Source of the DNA: a bacterium | GTDB taxonomy: Bacteria; Patescibacteriota; Minisyncoccia; Minisyncoccales; UBA10102 | Length of the DNA stretch: 64,000 nucleotides | Direction: 5' to 3' | NCBI GenBank assembly: GCA_030647485.1 | Contig: JAUSJT010000004.1 | Span: 173,088 to 237,087, forward strand | In this document: positions 47,620-56,849 of the stretch, in pieces | Layout: each line of letters opens with the position of its first letter | Position numbering within the stretch: the first letter of the stretch is position 1 | Made by a program: the position numbers and the translations under genes | The notes under the pieces: model-generated | What the model was told of the DNA's origin: nothing | What the model saw: the letters and a program-made list of their open reading frames with translations, nothing else | The model's database searches: none

Positions 47620-47745
47620 GGAGCCGGGCCGAGCTTCCATATGCCGTCCCGCTACGCGGGACATGGCAATTAAGGTTGCTCGGCCGCAAAAATTCAAGCA
47701 GTTGAATTTTCGCCCAGATTATGAGATAGAATAGGAAAGACACAC

Positions 47746-47821
47746 GGCCTCATCGTCTAGCCTGGTCTAGGACATCTGGTTCTCATCCAGAAGATCAGGG
47801 GTTCAAATCCCCTTGAGGCCG
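47746..47821 (+). tRNA. tRNA-Glu(CTC)
   Basis: GGCCTCA/TGAGGCC acceptor; TCTGG-TTCTCAT-CCAGA. Confidence 0.95.
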
Positions 47822-47968
47822 CAACGTAATAAATTTGTCTTGCAAATTTAAACGTTGCTGGAACGTTGAATTTTGTTAAACAAAATTCAACGTTCCGCAA
47901 ATCAAACTTGAATCTCACAATCAGTCGTGGTACAGTAATAACAGAACGTTTGAAGGAGGTAAGTAGTA

Positions 47969-48244
47969 ATGGCTAAGGTATTAGTCGTCCTCGGACCTCT
48001 TGGGGGCTTGGTACTCACAGTAATAGCGGGCTTCGTCGTTTTAGAAGATAGCGATGTGGCATTTGGAGGGGTATACATCTTCTTCCTACTACTCTCGTTG
48101 TCTATTCTCCTCGGAGAAGGTCTCATAACTTGGAATAACCCTACGCCGGAACGCTTACGCGCAAATTACACCCTTGCACTAACCCTTGGTGCTTTCGGTG
48201 TCGTACTCTTTGTAAGCGCCTTGGGCATCAGATATATCATCTAA
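47969..48244 (+). CDS. Orphan three-TM membrane protein
   Basis: TTGAAT-17-TACAGT, AAGGAGGT SD, terminator near 48260-48290. Confidence 0.7.
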   Translation: MAKVLVVLGPLGGLVLTVIAGFVVLEDSDVAFGGVYIFFLLLSLSILLGEGLITWNNPTPERLRANYTLALTLGAFGVVLFVSALGIRYII

Positions 48245-48294
48245 GCAAGGGGAACTTAGGCGGAGGGATATCACATCCCTCTGTTTTTTTGACA

Positions 48295-48350
48295 TAGGGC
48301 ATCTGGTTCTCATCCTGAAGATCAGGGGTTCAAATCCGGTTGGGGCCGCA
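48295..48350 (+). pseudogene. Degenerate duplicate of the tRNA-Glu 3' part (attR-like)
   Basis: 56 bp imperfect direct repeat of 47768-47823. Confidence 0.88.
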
Positions 48351-48360
48351 CCACATCAAT

Positions 48361-48636
48361 TTATATTCTCTTGAGTACGCTCTTGTAAGCAACTGAGCGA
48401 TGCTGTATTAAAAGTATTTTTACAATAGAACTCTCAATACGAAAGACAACGCGATAATCTCCAACCCTCAGCTTGCGATACCCCTTCAGGGAATGACGAA
48501 GAGGCCTGCCAAATACCTCGGGCTGATGGGTGAGCTTTTCTTCAATTGCTCTCTTAATACTGTTCTGCCAATCTTTTGATATCTTGGGCATGTCTTCACG
48601 AAGAACATCTTCGTGGTAACGTATCTCAAAATTCAT
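48361..48636 (-). CDS. RelE/ParE family toxin
   Basis: GRPLRHSLKGYRKLRVGDYRVVF, IQHR. Confidence 0.92.
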   Translation of the reverse strand: MNFEIRYHEDVLREDMPKISKDWQNSIKRAIEEKLTHQPEVFGRPLRHSLKGYRKLRVGDYRVVFRIESSIVKILLIQHRSVAYKSVLKRI

Positions 48637-48881
48637 GCCCTTCGACTCTGCTCAGGGCCTACGACCCATGCTTGTTTATGGGAAACAAAACGGGCTTTTT
48701 TTGTATCCCGGGTATTCGCAACCTGATCCCAAATCATGTCCTCTTCTAATTCAAGGGCAAGCTGCAGCAGATGTACAGCTTTTGTTGCTTGAGGAACCTG
48801 GTCTCGCGCAGCTACCAATGAAAGCGCCTGCTCCACGGTTTTTGGGATACTTATATTGATTCTCTTTTTTGTAGTAGCCAT
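48633..48881 (-). CDS. Putative antitoxin (RHH-like)
   Basis: KRINISI, FVSHKQAW; ATGA overlap with the toxin. Confidence 0.85.
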   Translation of the reverse strand: MATTKKRINISIPKTVEQALSLVAARDQVPQATKAVHLLQLALELEEDMIWDQVANTRDTKKARFVSHKQAWVVGPEQSRRA

Positions 48882-49012
48882 ATTGGTGTATCTTTAGTGT
48901 ATCACCTACGAAACATACGTGTCAAGACCCCTAGACTTCATCATCTACAAACCGGATAAACGGCAATATCAACCACGCTGCGGCGGTGAATACCGCAGAA
49001 ACCACAATAAGA

Positions 49013-49789
49013 GGAAGTGTTAGACCTCGGAGGTCTAACACTTCCGAGGTCTAACATCTTGGCTAAACCTATTCAAGAAAAAGATGGCTGAGATGAATCT
49101 CGTTTTCTTTAAGCTTTGCTGTGCTTGTATCCACAAATTCCTGGTAGAACTTTTGCGTTGTAAATTGATTCAGCACAATGTTTGGGTTAAGAAGTTCTTT
49201 CCAGCGATTTTCTCTGGCGAAATCCTGATAACTTGACCAGGGATAGGAAATCTCTTTATCCGTCCAGGCTTCCAATGATCTCGGGTTACGATGGATATAC
49301 GCTGAAAGATAAAGAAGTTGCTCGTTTTTCTCAACAGGTACCGCGCGAAAACTTCCCCGAAAAACATGTCCGCCCCTCTGGTATTTTGCATTAAAATATT
49401 TTGCGTATCCACCTTCAAGTCGTTGAAGATAGCTTGAGATACCACCCTTTTCTTTTTCTTGAATCAGCAGATGAAAATGATTGGGCATTATCGCAAAAGC
49501 ATTCAGTTCCACCTGCTGTTTGGAACGCATCTGCACTATTGCTTCTTGGGCAATGTTAAACTTTGTGTGTTCAATAAAATACGAGACGGAACGTCCGATG
49601 TTGAAAAACGGAGTGGGGAATTGATAAAAGAGCAGGAAGAAAATCATACGCGCATAGTCACGTTCGTCGAAAAAGATGGTTTTGCCATCGTTGCTTTTAT
49701 TGCAGAGATGATAATAGAACCCTGGCGCAAATTGAATTTTCCTCCTCATGCTTTTAGTGTATCATGCTAGACCTCCGAGGTCTAACATG
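49013..49789 (-). mobile_element. RAYT-like unit flanked by palindromes
   Basis: TGTTAGACCT-CGG-AGGTCTAACA at 49013-49056 and TAGACCT-CCG-AGGTCTA at 49763-49789. Confidence 0.85.
49069..49749 (-). CDS. REP-associated tyrosine (HUH/Y1) transposase
   Basis: YYHLCNK, MPNHFHLL (HUH), YIHRNP, YPWSS. Confidence 0.92.
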   Translation of the reverse strand: MRRKIQFAPGFYYHLCNKSNDGKTIFFDERDYARMIFFLLFYQFPTPFFNIGRSVSYFIEHTKFNIAQEAIVQMRSKQQVELNAFAIMPNHFHLLIQEKEKGGISSYLQRLEGGYAKYFNAKYQRGGHVFRGSFRAVPVEKNEQLLYLSAYIHRNPRSLEAWTDKEISYPWSSYQDFARENRWKELLNPNIVLNQFTTQKFYQEFVDTSTAKLKENEIHLSHLFLE

Positions 49790-49862
49790 CTGCCGGGACT
49801 CTATGAGGCCGCTACGAATACACGGTATAGCGTAAACTCACCATTCTTTCTATAATAGAAGA

Positions 49863-52478
49863 ATGATATCATCATGGCATAGTCTTCCGGTAGAAAAAGT
49901 AATACAACTTCTGGAAACGAATATTGTTCAGGGACTCACTCAAAAGGAAGCAGAACAAAGGCAAAAGACATACGGGCCAAACACTCTTGGAGAAGAAAAA
50001 TCAGTTTCTTCTCTTTTCTTGTTTCTCTCGCAATTCACAAACCCTCTCGTACTCGTCCTCTTGTTCGCAGGATCTGTGACATTGCTTTTGGCAAAATACA
50101 CTGATAGCGTTGTTATTCTTGGCGCCATGCTCGTAAATGCATTCATTGGATATCTTCAAGAACAAAAAGCAACAAAGGCTCTTTCAGAACTCAAAAAAGT
50201 ATTGAAGTACAAGGCGCTGGTGATCCGGGATGGAATAGAACAAGAAATACCGCAAGAACATCTTGTTCCGGGAGATATTATTCTCCTGCAAGAAGGAGGC
50301 AGAGTTCCTGCTGATGCAAGGATTATTGAATCCTGGGAATTGAAGATTAATGAAGCTGTCTTAACAGGGGAGTGGCTGGCCTCATCAAAGCAAACAGAAC
50401 CTGTTGCAGAACAGACCCCTGTTGCTGACCGGGACACCATGGCGTATATGGGGAGCGTTGTGGAAGAAGGAGGTGGAACAGCAGTGATTGTCGCAACCGC
50501 CTCCAACACCGAGGTAGGAAAAATAGGGAAGCTGCTGCAAATCACGGCAAAAGAAGAAACACCATACCATCAAAAGCTTAAACGCCTTTCTTCTTTTATT
50601 GGCGTTGCCGTTACCCTCGCAGCTTTTCTCATATTCCTAGCTGGAGTCGCAACAGGAAAAGACCTTATTGAAATGTTCACCATAGCAGTAGCGGTTGCCG
50701 TGGCTGCGATCCCAGAAGGGCTACCGGCAGCAATGACCATTGTTTTAGCCATAGGCACGCAAAGGATATTGAAACAAAAGGGGCTCGTGCGCCATATGGC
50801 CTCTGCCGAAACTCTGGGGAGCACTTCGGTTATAGCAACGGATAAGACTCTAACGCTTACTGAAGGCAGAATGGAAGTTGAAGAGATTGTGCCTTTTGTG
50901 AAAAACGGAAGAGAAGACATTCTTTGTACGGCAGCACTTGCGAATCGAGCGTTCATTGAGAATCCTTCTGCGATGTTTTCCGCCCAAGGCGGATCCGCCT
51001 TTGGAGGAGAACAATGGCGCATCATTGGCAAACCAACCGACACGGCATTGGTGAGAGCTGCCATGGAAGCTGGCATTTCCAAAACCGTGCTGGAAAAAGA
51101 AATGCCCCTCATATTCAAAATTCCTTTTAGCTCCAAAACTCCTTACACGGCATCCTTTCATCAAACATTCCAAGGAACTTTGCAGTGCCATGTTGCCGGC
51201 CTTCCAGAAGCCATTCTTGCCTTGTCCTTGCTTTCGCAAGAAGAGAAAGAACGCATGGCTAAAAAACTTGAAGAACTTGCACAAAGAGGCCTGCGGGTTA
51301 TTGCGTTTGCTAAAAAAGAATTATCTAGAATTCCTCATTCCTTCCATCAAGAGGTCTCACGGCTCCAATTTCTTGGTCTCATTGCCTTTAAGGACCCCCT
51401 GCGCAAAGGGGCAAAAGAAGCCATTCGAGAGGCAAAAGAAGCAGGAGTGCGCATTATCCTGGTCACGGGAGATCATCCGCTCACTGCCAGAGCAGTGGCA
51501 GAAGAACTTGGGATAGACGGAGGAAGGGAAACTATGATGGAGGGAAAAGAATTAGAACGGCTTTCAGATAAAGAACTCCAACGGCGCCTACCTTATATCT
51601 CAATATTCGCAAGAGTAGAACCTAGCCACAAGCTCCGCATTATTGAGGCCTGGCAAGCAAAAGGAGAGGTCGTAGCCATGACAGGAGACGGAGTAAACGA
51701 TGCTCCCGCTTTAAAGAAAGCAGACATTGGGTTGGCTTTGGGATCTGGCACTGATGTTGCGAAAGAAGCGTCAGACCTTATTCTTCTCACTGACGACTTT
51801 GCCATTATCCCAGCTGCCATACGCGAAGGACGGCTTATTATAGACAACATACGGAAAATAATCACGTACTTAGTTTCAGGTTCTTTTACCGAAACCATTC
51901 TTATAGGAGGGAGCTTGCTGGCAGGACTTCCTCTACCCGTCACAGCTCTCCAGATTCTTTGGATAAATCTTGCAGAAGATGTGCTTCCTGGAGCCGCCCT
52001 TGCCTTTGAAAAGCCCCAGAAGGATTTGATGAAAAGAAAGCCCCTGAAAAAGCATGAGTCCTTGCTCACGGGAGAAATGAAAGCCATTATTTTCTTTGTC
52101 AGTGTTATAAGCGATGTCCTGCTCTTTTTACTCTTCTGGTGGCTTTTGCAAGGAGAATATTCTCTGTCGCATATTCAAACACTCATTTTTGTTGGACTTG
52201 GTTTAAACTCTCTTTTCTATGTATTCTCTATACGCAATCTCCGGGAAAACATCTGGCGCTATAATCCTTTGTCCAACCCCTTACTCGTGGGAGCTGTCGT
52301 ATTTGGAATCTCTTTGCTCTTCTTGGCGGTATATGCGCCGTTCATGCAGACACTTTTAAAGACCATTCCGCTTTCACTTTTTGATTGGATTCTGCTTGGA
52401 GGATTAACAATCCTAGATGTCACAATGATAGAAACTATGAAGTGGATTTTCATAAAGCGTGAAAAACTGATACAGTAA
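49863..52478 (+). CDS. P-type II cation-transporting ATPase
   Basis: PEGL, DKTLTLT, TGDH, MTGDGVNDAPAL. Confidence 0.95.
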   Translation: MISSWHSLPVEKVIQLLETNIVQGLTQKEAEQRQKTYGPNTLGEEKSVSSLFLFLSQFTNPLVLVLLFAGSVTLLLAKYTDSVVILGAMLVNAFIGYLQEQKATKALSELKKVLKYKALVIRDGIEQEIPQEHLVPGDIILLQEGGRVPADARIIESWELKINEAVLTGEWLASSKQTEPVAEQTPVADRDTMAYMGSVVEEGGGTAVIVATASNTEVGKIGKLLQITAKEETPYHQKLKRLSSFIGVAVTLAAFLIFLAGVATGKDLIEMFTIAVAVAVAAIPEGLPAAMTIVLAIGTQRILKQKGLVRHMASAETLGSTSVIATDKTLTLTEGRMEVEEIVPFVKNGREDILCTAALANRAFIENPSAMFSAQGGSAFGGEQWRIIGKPTDTALVRAAMEAGISKTVLEKEMPLIFKIPFSSKTPYTASFHQTFQGTLQCHVAGLPEAILALSLLSQEEKERMAKKLEELAQRGLRVIAFAKKELSRIPHSFHQEVSRLQFLGLIAFKDPLRKGAKEAIREAKEAGVRIILVTGDHPLTARAVAEELGIDGGRETMMEGKELERLSDKELQRRLPYISIFARVEPSHKLRIIEAWQAKGEVVAMTGDGVNDAPALKKADIGLALGSGTDVAKEASDLILLTDDFAIIPAAIREGRLIIDNIRKIITYLVSGSFTETILIGGSLLAGLPLPVTALQILWINLAEDVLPGAALAFEKPQKDLMKRKPLKKHESLLTGEMKAIIFFVSVISDVLLFLLFWWLLQGEYSLSHIQTLIFVGLGLNSLFYVFSIRNLRENIWRYNPLSNPLLVGAVVFGISLLFLAVYAPFMQTLLKTIPLSLFDWILLGGLTILDVTMIETMKWIFIKREKLIQ

Positions 52479-52483
52479 ACCTA

Positions 52484-53521
52484 ATGCAGCAGATTCTTTT
52501 TCTCATCATTCTCATTCTTTCTGGAATTGTAATATTCCTGTTCTTTTGGCGCAGTAAAAAGAGTTCAACTTCTGACAACTCTTTGCTACTCATACAGAAC
52601 CAGCTCCAAGACCTGCGCAACACCGTAGACGAAAAGCTCGGAAGCTCGGCTAAAATGTTCCAGCAGCAGTTCAAAGACAGCACAACTATTATTAAAGAGG
52701 TGACAGAAAAGCTTACCCGGCTTGATGACACGAATAAACAGGTTTTGAACTTTTCAGACCAGCTCAAAAACCTCCAAGACATATTAAAGAACCCAAAACA
52801 GCGAGGGATTCTAGGCGAGTACTATTTGGAGACCGTGTTAAAGAACGTACTACCCCCAGGATCGTACCAAATGCAGTATGAGTTTAAGGATGGGAAGGCC
52901 GTAGACGCAGTCATCTTTGTCAAAGAAAAGATTATCCCAGTGGATTCTAAGTTTTCCCTTGAAAACTACAACCACATTCTAGAATCAAGAGAGCCTGCAG
53001 ATCGGGAACGGTTTGAAAAGCTATTCCGCCAAGACTTAAAAAACCGCATTGACGAAACCTCCCAGTATGTAAAGCCAGAAGAGGGGACTATGGACTTTGC
53101 ATTTATGTTCATTCCTTCAGAAGCGGTGTTCTACGACCTGCTGGTGAATAAAATGGGATCAGTTGAAGCCCTGGACCTTGTAGAGTACGCATTCAAGGAA
53201 AAGCATGTCATTATCGTCTCTCCAACCTCATTCCTTGCGTACCTTCAAACAGTACTGCAGGGCTTGCGCGGCTTGCAGATAGAAGAGTCTGCCAAAGAGA
53301 TACGAAGGCGCGTGGAAGACTTGGGAAGGCACATTGCCAGCTATGAGACGTATATGAAGAAGCTGGGAACCCATTTGGGAACCAGCGTGAATACCTACAA
53401 CATAGCCTACAAAGAACTAGGTAAAATAGACAAGGATGTTCTCAAGATAACGGGAAAGAAAGACCGAGCAACAACCGTCATGGAATTGGAAAAACCGCAG
53501 AACGGAGACGAGGAGGATTGA
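52484..53521 (+). CDS. rmuC: DNA recombination protein RmuC
   Basis: QRGILGE, VDSKF, MFIPSE, SPTS. Confidence 0.93.
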   Translation: MQQILFLIILILSGIVIFLFFWRSKKSSTSDNSLLLIQNQLQDLRNTVDEKLGSSAKMFQQQFKDSTTIIKEVTEKLTRLDDTNKQVLNFSDQLKNLQDILKNPKQRGILGEYYLETVLKNVLPPGSYQMQYEFKDGKAVDAVIFVKEKIIPVDSKFSLENYNHILESREPADRERFEKLFRQDLKNRIDETSQYVKPEEGTMDFAFMFIPSEAVFYDLLVNKMGSVEALDLVEYAFKEKHVIIVSPTSFLAYLQTVLQGLRGLQIEESAKEIRRRVEDLGRHIASYETYMKKLGTHLGTSVNTYNIAYKELGKIDKDVLKITGKKDRATTVMELEKPQNGDEED

Positions 53522-53552
53522 CTTTTCTCTGATCCCCTGTATACTAATTCTT

Positions 53553-53858
53553 ATGTTCGCTGTGATTAAAACCGGAGGTAAACAATATATCGTTACTCCT
53601 GGGCAGAAAATAAAGATAGAAAAACTCCTCAACAAAGAAGGAGAGGAGGTTGTATTTGATCAAGTATTACTCCAAGAGACAGAAAAAGACACCAAGATTG
53701 GAACTCCTTTGGTTCAAGGTGCGAAGGTGAAAGGGAAAGTACTGCGTCAGGGCATGGGAAAGAAAATTATTACATACAAATACAAAGCAAAAAAACGGGA
53801 GCATTCAAAAAAGGGACATCGCCAATTATTCACCGAAGTAGAAATTACTGAAGTGTAA
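53553..53858 (+). CDS. rplU: 50S ribosomal protein L21
   Basis: AVIKTGGKQY, GHRQ. Confidence 0.98.
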   Translation: MFAVIKTGGKQYIVTPGQKIKIEKLLNKEGEEVVFDQVLLQETEKDTKIGTPLVQGAKVKGKVLRQGMGKKIITYKYKAKKREHSKKGHRQLFTEVEITEV

Positions 53859-53900
53859 AAATAAACGAGGGCTAACCGCATGGCTAGCCCTCTTTGTTTT

Positions 53901-54386
53901 CTATGCACCTCCTATTAACGTTGCTACCCATATCCCTCCCCCTAGAAACCCCAGGAGCATAAACCCCCGGACCCTAAAGCCAAAGGCATGCCTTAATCCT
54001 AGGGAGACCCACACGATATGTCCTGCAAAATAGGGCAAGTGGACCCACCCTAGCAAAGAGGCCTCTCCCGGTGCGGGATACGCGGAGTCTGGATACTGCT
54101 GCCAGAGCCACATCCAATGCATTCCTGCCGTAAGAAGAACTGCAAACAGGATAACGCCTATGACGTACTGTCTTCGAGGAAAGCCGGTACGACTAAGGAT
54201 ACTCCCCACGGCAAAGGCGACTAAAGAGAGGCCGATGACATCTCCGATCCGGAATAAATTCCGGTCCAAGAGATATAGGAAGCTTTCCTGTCTCAAAGGA
54301 ATCCATCCCTGTTGGGATATGAAGGTTTCCACGCCAAGTAGAAGCCCAAAGAACAACAGGTTTACCGTTGCGGCAATGATGCCCAC
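53901..54386 (-). CDS. Orphan membrane protein
   Basis: Multi-TM; TTGACA-17-TATAGT (54480-54452), AAGGAGG SD, GTG start. Confidence 0.7.
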   Translation of the reverse strand: MGIIAATVNLLFFGLLLGVETFISQQGWIPLRQESFLYLLDRNLFRIGDVIGLSLVAFAVGSILSRTGFPRRQYVIGVILFAVLLTAGMHWMWLWQQYPDSAYPAPGEASLLGWVHLPYFAGHIVWVSLGLRHAFGFRVRGFMLLGFLGGGIWVATLIGGA

Positions 54387-54476
54387 GTTAGGCCTCCTTC
54401 TGGCGTTTCCGCCTGCTAGATTTTGTACGTACTACTACACTATTAAAATGAACTATACCGCTTTAGGCAGTATTTG

Positions 54477-55349
54477 TCAATATTGGGTTTGAAGTTCTTC
54501 AAAAATATCGCCCCAGCCCGTGATCTTTTTTCCAAGGGAAAAACGCAGTTTTTCTTCCTCGTCTTTCGTTACTCTCCACTGCGCTCTCTCCCCAAACATA
54601 ACCTGAATTCTAGCGAAAGGAATCTGCCATACGCCGTCTGACCCGTCTATCATCTCAAGGTAGCTCGTATAGTAAAAGACAGCGCATTCCGCCAAAATAG
54701 CAAGATACTCTTCTTTTGAAACATAAGTAATGCGTTTGAGAATAATATCGTACGCAAGGGAAAGCAATGCAGAAATCTCTCCCGCGCAAAAATATGAGTC
54801 ATACAAAGACCTGCGAGCAATTCTTTTTATGCCCTGAAAGGCTACGCGTACTTCATCAAGAGAAACAGGATGCGCAATTTCTGCGAGAGGGGAATAAATC
54901 CTAATTTTTGCATGAGGCCTTACCCAAGAGCCCATATCTGCGGCTTCTGCTAAAACCTGAAGGTCTGCATGAAGAGGATCTCGATACAAGGCATCAAGCT
55001 TTTTTGAAAAACCGTCTTCAACGCGAAGACAAAGCTTCTCACGTTCTCCTTCGCTTGGAAGAGCAATGTTCCTTTGAGAATCCCAGAATATCGCAAGAGC
55101 AACCACATGCTTGCAGTAATCTTCATTTAACGCATACGGACAAGTGCAAGAGCCCTTCATGTATTTGGGACCTTCCTTAAACTGCACCTCGTACGGTTGA
55201 GAACCTGTAACAATGGCGGATAACTTTTTGTTCGAAACTTGGAGGTCGCGCACCCTTCCTTCGCGCGCATACGCAACTCCTCTTTCAAAAATGCGTTCCG
55301 TGGTATTCTCCAAGATGTATCTGCTTAACGATTGAGACAAAAGAGCCAT
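54477..55349 (-). CDS. SWIM zinc finger protein
   Basis: IFERGVAY, CTCP...CKHVVA. Confidence 0.85.
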   Translation of the reverse strand: MALLSQSLSRYILENTTERIFERGVAYAREGRVRDLQVSNKKLSAIVTGSQPYEVQFKEGPKYMKGSCTCPYALNEDYCKHVVALAIFWDSQRNIALPSEGEREKLCLRVEDGFSKKLDALYRDPLHADLQVLAEAADMGSWVRPHAKIRIYSPLAEIAHPVSLDEVRVAFQGIKRIARRSLYDSYFCAGEISALLSLAYDIILKRITYVSKEEYLAILAECAVFYYTSYLEMIDGSDGVWQIPFARIQVMFGERAQWRVTKDEEEKLRFSLGKKITGWGDIFEELQTQY

Positions 55350-55357
55350 GCACAGAA

Positions 55358-56731
55358 CTAAAGAGAGAATTCTTCTCCTGGAGCTTCTTGGTATTGCATA
55401 TCTTTTGCCAAGTCGGTAAAGCTTACCGTACGCTCGTTAAAGTAGAGCTTTACCGAACCTACCGGGCCATTGCGATGCTTGGCAATGATAATTTCTGTGA
55501 TGCCCTGGTTTGTGGGATCTGGTTTGTATTTATCCTCGCGGTAGATAAAGAGCACCACGTCCGCATCTTGTTCCAGAGATCCAGACTCACGAAGATCGGA
55601 AAGGCGTGGACGCTGGGGCGTTCTTTGCTCTACTGCCCTTGAGAGTTGAGACAAAGCAAGGACAGGAACGTTCAACTCCCTTGCCAATCCCTTAAGAGAT
55701 CGGGAAATTTCCGTAACCTGCTGCACAATAGGAACCTGGCTGTTTCTAGGATCAATAAGCTGGAGATAGTCAATGATTAATAAGCCCAAACCATGGTTTG
55801 CCTGGAGGCGCCTTGCTTGAGCCCTCATTTGCAGAACATTCTGCATAGGGCTGTCCTCAATAAATATGGGGGCTTCAGAAAGAGTTCCCATGGCCTGTTG
55901 TATATGTGAGAAATCGTTTTCGTCTCCGTCGGAAGAAAGCTTTCCCGTTCTCAAGCGCCACAGATCTACTCCTCCTTGAGAGGCGATAAGGCGGTCTATA
56001 ACCTGGTCCTTGGACATTTCCAAACTAAACACGCCCACAGGGATTTTGTGATTCACCGCAACGCGACGCGCAATATCCATGGCCAAGGCAGACTTTCCCA
56101 AAGAAGGCCTGGCTGCAAGAATAATTAAATCAGACTTCTGAAATCCAGAAAGAATGTTATCCAAGTCCCCAAATCCACTAGGGACTCCTCTCGTTCCTCC
56201 TTCGTGTTTTGAAAGCTTATCAATCCTCTCAAACGCCTCTTCCAAGTCATCTTTCACTTGCACAAAGTTACGAGACATGGAACGCTGGGCAATAGAAAAG
56301 ATGCTTGACTCTGCCTTGTCTAAAAGAACATCAGGGTCTTCGGTCTCGTCGTACCCCATAGATCCTATCTCGTAAGAGACGGAGATAAGATCTCGCAGAA
56401 TTCTCTTTTTCTGCACTATTTTCGCATACGTTAACACATGAGAGGCAGTAGGCACGGTATTGATGAGTTGCGTGAGGTACGTATTTCCCCCAATCCCTTC
56501 TAACTTACCATTCTCTTTTAATCTTCCTGCCGCAGACAACACATCAATAGGGTCTCCCTTCTCAAAGAGTTCCCTCATTGCCTCGTAGATTATCTGATGC
56601 GTTGGCTTGTAGAAATCTCTGGGTTCCAAAAAATCAGCAACCTTAATCATTGCGTCTTTATCCAACATCAAAGACCCCAGAAGAGACATTTCTGCTTCAA
56701 TAGATTGAGGAGGAAGTTTAGAATCTGGCAT
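55358..56731 (-). CDS. dnaB: Replicative DNA helicase
   Basis: AARPSLGKS, IDYLQL, LSDLRESGSLEQDAD, KHRNGP. Confidence 0.98.
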   Translation of the reverse strand: MPDSKLPPQSIEAEMSLLGSLMLDKDAMIKVADFLEPRDFYKPTHQIIYEAMRELFEKGDPIDVLSAAGRLKENGKLEGIGGNTYLTQLINTVPTASHVLTYAKIVQKKRILRDLISVSYEIGSMGYDETEDPDVLLDKAESSIFSIAQRSMSRNFVQVKDDLEEAFERIDKLSKHEGGTRGVPSGFGDLDNILSGFQKSDLIILAARPSLGKSALAMDIARRVAVNHKIPVGVFSLEMSKDQVIDRLIASQGGVDLWRLRTGKLSSDGDENDFSHIQQAMGTLSEAPIFIEDSPMQNVLQMRAQARRLQANHGLGLLIIDYLQLIDPRNSQVPIVQQVTEISRSLKGLARELNVPVLALSQLSRAVEQRTPQRPRLSDLRESGSLEQDADVVLFIYREDKYKPDPTNQGITEIIIAKHRNGPVGSVKLYFNERTVSFTDLAKDMQYQEAPGEEFSL

Positions 56732-56849
56732 GATGAGCCATCATAACGAACCGCGGGATTTTTGACAAGTAGGCAAGGTGGAGTAATATACAAGAAAGCT
56801 CTTTAGCACACTCAAAACAAGACGGAAAAGAACAGAAAGAAGGCAGAAA

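Noticed and set aside
48930..49015. Minus-strand hydrophobic fragment LPLIVVSAVFTAAAWLILPFIRFVDDEV as a gene disrupted by the RAYT unit
   Set aside because: No convincing matching 5' half on the other side; too short to support.
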